The notes beneath the pieces were generated by a model. It worked only from the letters and a program-made list of their open reading frames with translations, was not told where the DNA came from and searched no databases. Positions 12,128 through 24,848 of a stretch of 64,000 nt of DNA are shown here, piece after piece. The translations under genes were made by a program, and so were the position numbers. Numbering within the stretch: position 1 is the first letter of the stretch; each line of letters starts with the position of its first letter. The stretch comes from Octopus sinensis (taxonomy: Eukaryota), in assembly GCF_006345805.1 (NCBI RefSeq), contig NC_043013.1:8618001-8682000 (forward strand), given 5' to 3'.

Positions 12128-12230
12128 ATATATATATATATAAACGGTAAGACGACAAAAGAAAGAAAGAGACCTCGATATTATGTAAATAGAGGAATTT
12201 ATCTGTAAATGTAATATCGTTTTTCCGATG

Positions 12231-12300
12231 GCCGGATAACTGAAGAGATGGTGGCGTGGATTTACACCTTGGCATCCGAAACTCGGAGTTTTATCTTGGC
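12231..12300 (+). ncRNA. Type I hammerhead ribozyme (second design)
   Basis: Stem I GATAA(12235-39)/TTATC(12291-95), extendable; CTGAAGA 12240-46; stem II GATG/CATC plus one extra C; GAAA 12278-81; palindromic stem III ACTC-G-GAGT; UH = TT. Confidence 0.65.
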
Positions 12301-12723
12301 TACCGAATAATTGTCACATATTACATTTTCAGATATATATATATAATGAGTTCATTACTGGGGTCCGGAACTCTCGTGGGGAACTCTCTCTCTCTCTCCA
12401 CCTGCAGTCATATCCTGGGTTTTCTGCTGGATCAAGGACGATAGAGGGGTGGAGCAGGGGCAAGATGGTGTCTATGTCTGCTCGCGACTGCACAGGCGTC
12501 TAAAATATTAATTTTTCAATTAAACCAGTTTAACGTATAATTAAACGAAAATATGACGATGCTGTCACGTTAACAAAGCTTTCAGTTTTACAAAAGCCTT
12601 CACTCTTTTTTAAGAGGAGAGTCATTTATTTATTTATTTATTTATTTTCATTTATTTATTATTGGATAGGGTACTGAATGTTCGGTTCGGTACATGCCTA
12701 TTAATTTTTCATTTTGCCGAATA

Positions 12724-13123
12724 TTTTTATATATAAAAGTCAAGTTGTGTGTCTGTCTCCTACGATTTAGATTCCTAACTACTCCCACATTTTGCGGTGC
12801 AGTGTAACCAAAAGCGGGTATCTTATAGTCGTGATTCATATCGAGCCCTTCTGGGTATTAGTGCGCGTCTACGATGAGTCTACTATTTTAAAAATAATTT
12901 ACCATCATTTTTTTCCATTTTAATGTATTTTTTCGCTATTATATAAGGGAAGTAACTCTCTAAAAATGTCTACGATGAGTCAACGATTTAAAAAAAAATT
13001 TACCATAATTTTTTTTCCATTTTTAATGCATTTTTTTTGCTATTTTTTGGCTATAACTCTCTAAAAATGCTTATATAGTTATTTCCCTTACAAACCCGAG
13101 CAACGCCGGGCGATACTGCTAGT
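12724..13123 (-). mobile_element. Helentron/Helitron-like element copy
   Basis: Reverse-complement homolog of 3982-4383 with internal rearrangement. Confidence 0.7.
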
Positions 13124-13824
13124 AACGTATAATTTAACAAAACTAACGCCACTCTTTCACTTTATCCTCAATCTTAGTTTCACAAAAAGCTTTCGTTTTC
13201 GCATTTGTTGTGAGGACCACTTAATAATCGAACACCGCCCCCCCCATTCCGATCGAAATATCGGCCTCTCCTCAATAGAAACTATAACGAACTCGAATCA
13301 GTGCCTATATATTTGAAAATCATTGGTAATTAAGACCTCGTAATTCATTAGGACGTAAAGATTGCAGCTGAAATCTTCATGAAGTCATTTAAATAAGGGC
13401 TGCCCTATTAATGGGGTCGCGGACTAATATTATGCTGTGGATCATTTGCTACTGGGCCCTAGTAAGAATAAATTTTAAAATGTTGACTTCCACATCTGTA
13501 TGGTGTTTTTGCATTTTATGTCTTACGTATGTAATAATTAAATTATATATTATGCACTTTATTGGGCGATCCTTCGGTATAAGTACACACGTGACTTTGT
13601 TTACATTTCTGAAGATAACAGAAACCTTTTTTCTCCTAACCCTAACCCCCCCCCCATATATAAAAAAAAACACTTTCTTGAAATGTATCCGGTACTTCCG
13701 GTACTTATACCGAAGTTACGCCCTTTATTGTATTTTGTTATGCGCATGGTCCTCTGGTTTGTGGAAATATTGTCTTGCATCAGACCGGTCCGTGCTGCAA
13801 AAGAATAACAAAAGGAAAAAAAGG

Positions 13825-14466
13825 GTCAAACTCCAGTGTTTGACCCGAGCAAAAAACAAAATATAAAAGTGCAATAGGTGTAAAACTTGTAGCAAACGAA
13901 TATGAAAAAGAAAATGCGCGCTGGTGAACGTGGGGTGGGGGAGAGAACTCGGAAAATTCACACGATCCGATTTTTTCCCTAAAGAAAATGGATATTCTTC
14001 TCAACCACGCGGTTCCGGGTCCAGTCCCACTGCATGGCACCTTGGGCAAGTGAATTTTCCGAGTCCCCTCCCCCCCGTTCTCCAACGTGCTTTGTTTTTT
14101 CGTAGTTGTTTACTGCATGTAAACTATATATTTTTATTTTTGTGGCTGGGTGTCGAAGTGGGGTGACTGGATCGTGTGAATTATCCGACTCCGCACTCCA
14201 CCCCATCCCCCGTCACAAAAATTGAAAAAAAGATAGTGTACTAGGTATAAAATAATGTGTAGTAAACGAATATGAAGAAAAAAATTTCAACGACGAACGA
14301 GGAAGTGGTGAGAGGACTCGGAACATTCCCCATGTGAATTTTCCAAGTCCTCTCCCCCGCCCCCGTTTGCCAGCGCGCGTTTTTCTTTTCATATTCGTTT
14401 ACTACATGTTGTTTTACACCTATTGTACTATTTTTTTGTTGCTCGGATCAAACACTGGAGTTTGAC
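13825..14466. mobile_element. Foldback-like element with ~140-bp terminal inverted arms and nested internal inverted modules
   Basis: GTCAAACTCCAGTGTTTGA at 13825 and TCAAACACTGGAGTTTGAC ending 14466; no clear TSD. Confidence 0.6.
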
Positions 14467-14619
14467 TGAAAAATGTAGGGAACCGCTGATTTAAAGATTG
14501 ACTCGTCTTGGTTTGACTCGTCCACTACATAGGAAACTATCGGATAATTTGACTGATTTAAAGATTGACTCGTCCACTACATAGGAAACTATCGGATAAT
14601 TTGAAAGCATCACAATTGT

Positions 14620-14830
14620 TTCTGACTTAAAGCACAGGGCCAGCTAATTTAAGGAGAGAAGGTCGGTCGATACCATCGACCTCAGTACATGACATCTATT
14701 CTATCAACCCCCGAAAGGATTAAAGTCAAAGTTGGCCTCGTTGGAATTCGAACTCGGGAGTTAAAGAGCTGGAACAAATACTGGAAAGTATTTTCATTCT
14801 GACGCTCTAACGATTCTGTCAGCTCCACCA
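14620..14830 (-). mobile_element. tRNA-derived SINE (family B)
   Basis: Contains CCCCGAAAGGAT.AAAG.CAAAGT, the family B core in reverse. Confidence 0.65.
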
Positions 14831-15199
14831 CCTCATGGAGCATATTAATGAAACTGTCTTTCTTCCATATGTGAACTCTGCAGCCACAGTGTACGTAATT
14901 ATTGATAATTGAGACAGCGGAATAAAATTCTCAGCCGGAGGAAAAAAAGAATAAAGTTTGACGTTTTGAAGCAGAAACGGAGAGAGATTACATGTTTACT
15001 GTAAACATTTAATCACTCCGAAAAGTCTAGTCTTCCTTGCGGCATATAATTTATTCTACTGTTTGAACTCTTTGTATTGCTATTTGCCATCACAGAGCAT
15101 TTCTAGTTTGTTCAGAATCTGATGGTTTATTATATACAGATCGGTGGACTGAGCTTGTGAATGTTAAGTGTATTTTCCCAGAAATACATGGTAGTATTG

Positions 15200-15650
15200 A
15201 TACTTCGGAGTCAGCCGCCATAGCTATCGTTCTATCTTTAGTTTGCAGGCCGTCTCATCCAAATATCTAAAAATGCCAATTCTTAAATTTCCCAAAATAA
15301 CTTTTGCTGTCTCTGTTTCCACGGCAACTTAAATGTCAAAAAGCAATGCAACATTTCTCATTCTACATTGAGCACTTTCAACAAGACTCTCATCTCTCCG
15401 AGGTCATCTTCATTGGCGATTTCCATAAGTATAACTTTTGATAGCTTTTTCACACCATCTGCTTTGACGCAACTGGTTTAGCGACTGCATTATCTGCTTT
15501 CGTAAATAATCTATACCTCTCCCTTTCACCTTTACTTCCTCTCCGATCGATCTTCTGACTTTCCAAACATATTTGATCTTTACCGCACATCAACACCCAT
15601 ATTTTATTCAAACATTTTCTTTTCCCTCGTCCACATAATTTACACCGCAA
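15200..15650 (+). pseudogene. Degenerate LINE APE-endonuclease fragment (CR1/L2 group)
   Basis: One frame reads SEVIFIGDFHKYNF**LFHTICFDATGLATALSAFVNNL, matching the GDFN.H..WL....D.AG.....F...NNL motif; stops present. Confidence 0.55.
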
Positions 15651-15884
15651 CAAAAATTCACAACAAAGTCATTTAAAATTAACCACACAGACTTTTGTAT
15701 CATTTGTTTCCTTGTCCCAGATGTTCATTCAAATTTCCAGTATTTTTAAGAGTTATTTTTAGTAGGATGGCGTAACCCTTCGGGTTATGTTTCTACTTTC
15801 ACTTTCGCATTAGTTGTTATTACGAGTTCGTTCGGTGGCCAATGAAGCTTTTTTTTTGTTTTTTGTATTTAGTTTGTTAGGTTC

Positions 15885-16395
15885 AGGCATACGTGTGTAG
15901 TTGAAAAATTTGTTTCGTAACCACATGGTTTCAGGTTCAGCTCCACAACTCTACACCTTGGGTAAGAGTTTCATACTATAGCCCCAGGCCGACATATTCC
16001 CTGCCCATCTATTATCTCATTAGTGAATTTGGTAGATGGAAACTGGAAGCCTATCGTGTGCGTGTGTGTGTGTGCACACACGTGTTTATATGAATGTGTG
16101 GTCTTGAATTCAGTCCCACTGTGTGACACCTTGGCCAATGTCTTCTAATATAGCCTCTGTCCGACAAAAACCTTGTGAGTGGATTCGGTAGACGGAAACT
16201 GAAAGAAGCCTGTCATCCATGTGCGTGTGCATGTATGTCTTTGTGTCTGTGTTTGTCTCCCCTCCCACCAGCACCATCACTTGATAACCGGTGGTGGTAT
16301 ATTTGTCTCTGTAACTTAGTGGTTTGGCATAAGAGACCGATGGAATAAGGCTTTACACAAATGAGTCCTGGGTCGATTCATTCGACTGAAAATTG
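15885..16395 (+). mobile_element. SINE family A, fragmented copies
   Basis: Head and tail motifs as at 4676 and 52646. Confidence 0.7.
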
Positions 16396-16480
16396 ACCAA
16401 TCGAAATTTTTTTATTTTACTTGTTTCAGTCCTTGGTCTGCATGTATGTATGTATGTATGTATGTATGTATATTTTATAA

Positions 16481-16790
16481 AATGGTTCAGTAGTTAGAGC
16501 ATCGTGCTCACAATCATGAGGTAGTGAGTTTGATTCCCAGATTGGGCTGTGTTGTGTGTTCTTGAACAAACAAAACACTTTAATTCACATTGCTCCAGTT
16601 CATTCAGCTGTAGAAATGAGGTGCAATGTCACTGGTGCCAAGCTGTATCAACCTTTGCTTTTCCTTTGGATAACATCAGTGGTGTGGAGAGAGGGGAGGC
16701 TGGTATGCATGGTTAACTACAGGTCTTCCATAAACAACCTTGCCCATACTTGTGCCTCAGAGGAGAACTAGGAGTAACCGAAAGGGGTTT
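16481..16790 (+). mobile_element. SINE family E
   Basis: tRNA head, CTTGAACAA...GCTCCAGTTCATTCAGCTG core, tail shared with 40358-40672. Confidence 0.7.
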
Positions 16791-16995
16791 TTATCTTAAT
16801 TCAATTAATGAGATATGCTAACAGTGAAGAAGTGCTTTGAAAGTGAATCTCCTGAAGATGATTAAAATCCTGCAACTTCACATTTTCATAACTTCAGCAA
16901 ATGATAATTGTCTTTCAATTTCTTTATTAAAAGCATGTAGACTGCAAATAGTTTAAATAGTAAAAAGAAAAAAAAAGAAGTGTCCACCGACCATA

Positions 16996-17228
16996 CCTAT
17001 TTCTTTATTACCCACAAGGGGCTAAACATAGAGGGGACAAACAAGGACAGACATAGGTATTAAGTCGATTACATCGACCCCAGTGCGTAACTGGTACTTA
17101 ATTTATCGACCTCGAAAGGATGAAAGGCAAAGTCGACCTCGGCGGAATTTGAACCCAGAACGTAACGGCAGACGAAATACGGCTACGCATTTCGCCCGGC
17201 GTGCTAACGACTCTGCCAGCTCGCCACC
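16996..17228 (-). mobile_element. SINE family B, full-length young copy
   Basis: Reverse of GGTGGCGAGCTGGCAGAGTCGTTAGCACGCCGGGCGAAATG...GTGGGTAATAAAGAAATAGG. Confidence 0.85.
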
Positions 17229-17789
17229 TGGTGGACATTATTGCTCAGTATTCATGTACTCTTAATATATGCACCGTTATTCGTCTGTCTTTACTTTCTG
17301 AGTTCAAATTCTGCTGAAGTCAACTTTGCCTTTCATTCTTTCAGGGTTGATAAATTAAGTACCAGTTGCATACTGGGGTTGATCTAATTGACTGCCCCCC
17401 CCCACTACCCCAAAATTTTCAGGCCTTGTGCCTAGAGTAGAAAAGAATATATGCACTGTTATAAGACAGCGAGCTGGTTGAGTTGTTAGCTCAAGAACAC
17501 AACACTTGGACCAGTCTGGGAATGAAACTCAACTCACTACCACATGAGTGTAAGCCCAATTCTCTAACCACTGAGCTATGCACCTTCGCATTATTTGAAT
17601 TACCTACTCCTAAATTAATGTGTCAGTGCCTGAGTATTCCACAGACACATGTACTCATAATGTATGCACCATTAATTCAAGAGTACATACTTCATTGTGT
17701 AGCTCTCTCCAAGTTAAACCACTATTTCTCTGCATTGAGAGGTGACAGCGCTAGTGTTACAGACATGATTTGAATGTCATAGGAATGAA

Positions 17790-17975
17790 CTGCAAGACAA
17801 ATTCTTCAAGCTGAGCCAACTGGTAGGAGACCTAGGAGCAGACCAAGAATGAAATGATTAGATAATGTCTATAGTCTCAATTGGTTATACTCGGGAATTC
17901 AGCTGGGAAGAGGAATGATGGATGCTTCTGATAGGACCTGATGGAAGAGGTGCCTGAGGTCTCTAGACTCATGAT
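17790..17975 (+). pseudogene. RTE-type LINE C-terminal relic
   Basis: RQILQAEPTGRRPRSRPRMK*LDNV...DRT*WKRC resembles the RTE G.RPRGRP..RW.D tail. Confidence 0.65.
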
Positions 17976-18549
17976 TCTCCCTGGAATTGTGGGCAAAGAA
18001 TGCAGATAAATCGATGTGTGTGTGTCCTTGTCTTCACATAATTCTTTTCTACTCTAGGCACAAGGCATGAAATTTTGTTTCATAAAGTCAACTTGAGCAG
18101 TTATAAAAACCCTGGATTTGGGGAAAAACTTTAGTGTTTGTAGGATGTAACTAAACTCCACGACACTCACTCCTTTGAGACATTGGTTATTTTTTATGCA
18201 ATCTCTATGAAAAATCCAACACAGGCATTGTCCACACAGCACTGGCATTGGCCACAGCTATAATGTCACTTGGCTTGACTAGTCTTCTCAAGCACAACAT
18301 ATCGCCCATTGTTTGAAGGGTATTTTTTTACATGGCAGTCAAGCGAAACTGGCATTAGTCACGACTACGATCTCACTTGGCTAGACAGGTTTTCTCAAGC
18401 ACGGTATATCACCAAAGGTCTCAGTCACTTGTCATTACCTCCGTGAGGTCCAACATTCAAAGATGCAGTCGCCTAAACCAATCAAGGCAATACCCCAGCA
18501 TGGCCACAGATAATGATTGGAACAAATAAATGAAGATATATCTTTTTAT

Positions 18550-18835
18550 CATCATCATCATCAACATCATCGTTTAGCGTCCGCTTTCCATGCTGGCATG
18601 GGTTGGACGGTGCAATTGGGGTCTGGGAAGCCAGAAGGCTGCACCAGGCCCAGTCTGATCTGGCAATGTTTCTACAGGCTGGATGCCCTTCCTAACGCCA
18701 ACCACTCCATGAGTGTAGTGGGTGCTTTTTACGTGCCACCGGCACAGGTGCCAGATGAGGCTGGCAAATGGCCACGAGCAGATGGTGCTTTTTACATGCC
18801 ACTGGCACGGGGGCCAGTCGGGGCGGCGCTGGCAA
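18550..18835 (-). mobile_element. Repeat family C ((GAT)n-tailed retroposon)
   Basis: Diagnostic GGATGCCCTTCCTAACGCCAACC; other copies near 22.1-22.4, 27.0-27.4, 29.8-30.6, 32.3, 36.3, 38.7-39.0, 47.2-47.5, 48.4-48.7, 49.0-49.3, 58.0, 62.1-62.4 and 62.6-62.9 kb. Confidence 0.8.
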
Positions 18836-19713
18836 TTGATTCAAAATATTTATATTTTTTATTAATTTTATAAACCCGCCTCCCTCCACCACCCTATCCT
18901 TTACTTCACCGCTAACTTCTCCGGTTTTTATTTAAAATCATTAAATTGTCTCTTATATTAAATACATATTAATAGTTTGTTTCATTATTGCACATGTTTT
19001 ATTAACCTATTTCATTTATTTACTGCTCGTTAAGTTGAGTAATAAATTTTTCATTCAAGGAATAATTTCAAATTCTTTTATGTTCTTATCTGTTTCCATT
19101 CTTTACTTTACAACCATAACTTTTAGATAATTGTAATCATTTGTTTCATAAAGACACTGCTGGTCTCTTGTTATTAGTAGTTAGTCATTGCTAATTAAGT
19201 TGGCACTAGTTTTTATATAATCTCTATTTTAATTTTTTTTTTTTTTTTGTTGCAGTCATGTTTCGTTATGATGCTATCACTGGTAATTGTTTCTCACATT
19301 TTAACTACTATAGGTGCAGGCATGGCTGTGTGGTAAGAAGCTTGATTCCTAAACACATGGTTCCGGGTTCAGTCCCACTGTGTGGTACTTTGGACAAGTA
19401 TTTTTTACTATAGCTCCAAGTTGACCAAAACCTTATGAATGGATTTGGGAGATGGAAACTGAAATAAGCCTGTTGTATATATGTATATATATATATGTGT
19501 GTGTAGATATAGATATACATATCCAAGTTTGTATGATTGTGTATAGAATATATTAATCAACGAATTTCCAACTTAGTCTGATTTTCATGTTTTATTATTT
19601 GCAATATTTACCATTTTACAATTTTATAATTTTGAAATAAACTAGTACTTTCATGCATTATGCAATCATCAGGTTTATATAGTAACAGCCGTGTTCCACA
19701 ATTGACAACCGTG

Positions 19714-19744
<31 letters not shown>

Positions 19745-20846
19745 CTGTTTGTCCCACTACCTATTTCTTTACTACCCACAAGGGGCTAAACACAGAGAGG
19801 ACAAACAAGGACAGACAAACGGATTAAGTCGATTATATCAACCCCAGTGCGTAACTGGTACTTAGTTTATCAACCCCGAAAGGATGAAAGGCAAAGTCGA
19901 CCTCGGCGGAATTTTAACTCAGGACATAGCGACAGACGAAATACTGCTTAGCATTTCGCCCGGCGTGCTAACATTTCTCCCACTACTGTCACTTGACAAC
20001 TGCTCTCAGTGTGTTTACATTCCCATAACTTAGCAGTTTGATGAAAGAGTTTGATAGAATAAGTACCAGGCTTAAAAAAAAAATACTGGTGTTGATTCAT
20101 TCAACTAAAACCTTTCAAGGTGGTGCTCCAGCATGGCCACAGTCTAATGATTGAAGCATGTAAGAGATTGACATTCAAACTTATAGTTGAGTACTTTAAT
20201 ATGGCCAGTTGCAGCTTCTTTGGAACTTATAACACCCTGGAATGAGTTTGTGTGTGCAACAGAACTAACAGTCCGAAATGTGTCAAATCTAAAAACAAGT
20301 CTACCTGATTTAGTTATAAATGTAAGAACTATAGCTATAAATGCAGTTTCATATTGGCAGTAAAATGTAGGGTAGCTGATTGTTAATGTAACTATAGGAA
20401 TAGTTGAAACAACATCAGCCAATCAGTCTTTCTTTTACTGTTCATTGTGAGGTTTATATATAAGCATGACAGACATTTACATCTACGTTATGGGTTTAAT
20501 GTGTTTATTTAATTTATGAATGCAGCTACACTGGTGTGGCTGTAGAGTTGAGAGGCTTGGTTCCCAGCCATGCTTCTCAGGTTTGGTGTTACTCTGCTAC
20601 ATGGGCGAGTATCTTCTACTATAGTCTTGGGCTGACCAAAACCTTGTTAGTGAATTTGGTAGAGGGAAACTGAAAGAAGCCCACTGTGTGTGTTTGTGTG
20701 TGTGTGTGTGTATGTATGTGTGTGTGTGTGTATATATATATAAGGCTCAACCAATGTGAAGCACATTGTGACCAGCGATGTATAGCAACATCTGATAGCC
20801 TGATCGGTCACGGTGATCACGGTGATATATATATATATATATATAT

Positions 20847-20929
<83 letters not shown>

Positions 20930-21479
20930 ATGTGGTGTGTGTATATTATATATATATATATATATTATATATGTATGTATATATATATATATATAATATA
21001 TATTATATATATATATATATAATATATTATATATATAATATATATATATTATATACATATATATATACATACATACACAGATGTATGTGTGTGTGTATTG
21101 TATATATACATGTGCTGGCACCATGTAAAAGGCACCCACATTGGCACCACTTCTGCCATTGTCCAAAGGGTCCCTCTTTCTGAAGTAGTAAGGTGTGATT
21201 TTGAAGGATATTTGTCTGCTATTTCTAACAGGTCAAATTAAGTTAGTCTTTGATGTATTAGACAAAGAGTCTAGTTGGATACATAGAACTTAGGACTTTG
21301 GGCTTTTACAAGTTCTAGGGCTCAAAAGAATGTACCTTAACCTGGTATCCATGACATATAAGTGACTAAGGTTACAATATTCCTTCCCTGGACATGACAT
21401 TAGTCTGTCGAAGGGTCAACTTTCCAACTATTTACAGTTACAGCTGAGTGAACTGGAGTAGCAGGAATTGAAGTGGTTT

Positions 21480-21895
21480 ACTCTTTTAACTCTTTTACTC
21501 TTTTCAGTCACTTGACTGCGGCCATGCTGGAGCACCACCTTTAGTTGATGAAATCGACCCCAGGACTTACACTTTGTAAACCTAGTAATTATTATATTGG
21601 TCTCTTTTGCCAAACCGCTAAGTTACGGGGACATAAACACACAAGCATAGGTTGTCAAGCGATGTTGGGGAATAAACACAGAAACACAAACACATACACA
21701 CACATTAATACATACATATATATATACATATATATGGCAGGTTTCTTTCAGTTTCTGTCTACCAAGTCCACTCATAAGGCTTTGGTCAGCCCAAGGCTAT
21801 AGTAGAAGACACTTGCCAAAAATGCCACACAGTGGGACTGAACCCGGAACCATGTGGTTGGTAAACAAGCTACTTACTACACAGCCACTCCTGCC
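21480..21895 (-). mobile_element. SINE family A, full length
   Basis: Reverse-complement homolog of 52646-53060. Confidence 0.85.
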
Positions 21896-21967
21896 AAGAA
21901 CATAATGAAGCACCCAGTTTGGGAATTGACACCACAATCTTACAATCATGAGTACAACACCCTAACC

Positions 21968-22587
21968 CAGTGGTTCTCAACCAGGGTCCATATAAGATTT
22001 TGAGGGGTCCATGCTACAAAATAGTACATTGGACATCCACAATAGTATTTTAAGGGCCTGTGAAAAAATTTTACTTCAGGGCACGTAAAAAGTACCATCT
22101 GAACGTGGCCGATGCCAGCGCTGCCTTGACTGGCTTCTGTGCTGGTGGCATGTAAAAAGTACCAACCGATCGTAGCCGCTGCCATCCTCCCCTGGCACCT
22201 GTGATGGTGGCATGTAAAAAGCACCCACTACACTCACGGAGTTGTTGGCATTAGGAAGGGCATTCAGCTGTAGAAACACTGCCAGATCAGAGTGTAGCCT
22301 GGTGCAGCCTCCTGGCTTCCCAGATCCCAGTCAAACTGTCCAACCCGTGCTAGCATGGAAAACGGATGTTAAATGATGATGATAATGATGTATGTATTGG
22401 TATGAATTGCAAGAAACAAGCATAATTCCACCTACAGAAGTTAAAGTAGGAAAAACAAAACACAAATTTTGAAAGAAGTATCGATAAAACTAGTTTTTAA
22501 ACATCAAATGATGGCTATGAGGGATGTCCACCAAAAAGAAGTAATTATCAAAGGGGTCCATAGATAAACAATGGTTTAGAACCCCTG
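21968..22587. mobile_element. hAT-type MITE carrying a family C insertion
   Basis: TIRs CAGTGGTTCTCAACC / GGTTTAGAACCCCTG; 8-bp TSD CCCTAACC / CCCTCACC. Confidence 0.75.
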
Positions 22588-22631
22588 CCCTCACCATTAG
22601 GCCAATTTCCCAGTGATTAGGTGAGGAAGGC

Positions 22632-23048
22632 TCAAGGCGATGGGCTGGCAGAAACGTTAGCATGCTGGGCGAAATGCTTAGCAGTATTTCGTCTGTCTTT
22701 ACGTTCTGAGTTCAAATTCTGCTGAGGTCGACTTTGCTTTTCATCCTTTCGGGGTCAATAAATTAAGTACCAGTTACGCACTAGGGTCAATATAATCGAC
22801 TTAATCCATTTGTCTGTCCTTGTTTGTCCTCTCTGTGTTTAGCCACTTGTGGGTAGTAAAGAAATAGGTATTTCGTCTGCCGTTACGGTCTGAGTTCAAA
22901 TACCGCCGAGGTCGACTCTGCCTTTCGTCCTTTCGGGGTCGATAAATTAAGTACCAGTTACGCACTGGGGTCGATATAATCGACTTAATCCGTTTGTCTG
23001 TGCTTGTTTGTCCCTTCTGTGTTTAGCCCCCTGTGGGTGGTAAAGAAA
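22632..23048 (+). mobile_element. Head-to-tail dimer of SINE family B
   Basis: Full copy followed by a 5'-truncated copy; 14-bp TSD TAGGTGAGGAAGGC at 22618-31 and 23049-62. Confidence 0.85.
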
Positions 23049-24802
23049 TAGGTGAGGAAGGCAGACAAATTCAAGCCTTATACATGCAGAATGAATGCAG
23101 GTCAGAAAGATTGCTATCAGGACACACTTTGAAAGTGCAATCTGACAAGAAACTCTACAATCCAAGAAATGCATAACGGACAGAACCCATAGGCAAGCAG
23201 TAGTTTGTAAGTGATTTTGGTCAGTGTGTACTGCTGTTCCTCTTCAAAAATTGTCAAGAATATCCGGTAATAATAAATGACCTTAAACATTGAATGTATT
23301 ATTAATAAAATATGGAATAAAAAAAATATTAACCAAAAGCAAAACTGAATGAATACGATAACGTTGAAATTTCCATAGATGCAGACATGTCCACTTAACT
23401 AGAATGTTAATTGTATAGTTCAATATTTCTTGTTGAAGGCCAAATTGACATTTATCCAGTTATACTTCGGTTATACTACACTAATTTTCTACTCTGCATT
23501 TCTCCCCCCCCCATCTTTCATACTCTTTCTCTTACTCCTCTATCATCATTACTCCATTAAATCTCTCTCCCTGTCATTCGTTTTGCTATCTTCCATTTTC
23601 TTTATCTCTTTCTTTCTCATGCCTTTTCCTCTATTGTCTTGTCTACTGTCTCTTTATCTGTCTGTCTGTCCATCTCTCTCTTAATTTCTCTCTGTTTTTC
23701 TCTTTTCCTCTTCTCTCCTGTCTCTTGTATTACCGTTTCCTTTCTCCATATCTCGCATTATCGCTCTCAAATTCTCTAAATCATTATTCATTAATTATCC
23801 TCTTCATACAGTCCGACATCAGAAGAATCGCCATTTCACTTTATTTGAAACAAACCTGCAATTTAGCCTTGGAAGCTCATTTTCATTGGTCAAAACTTGG
23901 ACACTCTTACTTCATTGGTGGAAATTTAAGACAGCAAATTTGAAAGTAATGAATCTATTGATATCGAAAGAATAAAGAAATAAATGATAACCCTGTGGAG
24001 TCTGTACATAAATATAATGAACTTGACCTATTTGTGGCTTTGATAATAAGATTAAGAAATTATGTAACACATAAATTAATTAACTCCTTAAAACAAAATA
24101 ATTCTAGACCTGCTCATCAAATTTTGTTTTAAATTCATTAATATAATCTCAAAAATTGTCCTTCCTGTTTAGAGTTAATATATTCATACACTCTCGGGTG
24201 TGTTTCATAGTTAACACTAATTATCAAAGCTACAACTGCGTATGATTTATTCTGGAGAATGAATGACTAAGGAAAATGACTCCTCAGGGGTGCCTTCTGT
24301 ATGAGCTGTTGGTTGTTATATAGTGTAAGGTATAGTGTCGTGAGAACAGTATCTCATAAGCTCTTGGTTTGATCATTTTCAGTGCTACTGCAACCTTTGT
24401 TGTCATACAGTCCATCCTCTGTTCACCATAACCTGTCTACATGTATATTTCCTGACATGTTTTGCAGCTAGTACACAAAAGAAATTAATGTGGACACAAA
24501 GGGTTAGTTATGTACAATGATGTAGTAATTAATATAATTATTATACACACACTCATTTATGTATATGTATATATGACATATTTACCGATACAAATATATG
24601 TAGATCTTTATGCGTGCATGTGTGTAGGTATGTATATTGGTCTCTGTATATATATATATGTATATATACCTAACTTGGAAATGGGTATAAGTTGGCAACA
24701 AGAAGGGCATTTAGCTGTAGAAAATCTTCATTGATAAATTCTATCTGGTCCATTCAAACATGGAAATGTAAATGTTAAAATGCTGGTGATGTACATAATT
24801 CA

Positions 24803-24848
<46 letters not shown>

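Noticed and set aside
15090-15221. Minus-strand ORF MAADSEV... with a good start context
   Set aside because: Only 43 aa, no strong donor, and it overlaps a + strand LINE endonuclease relic.
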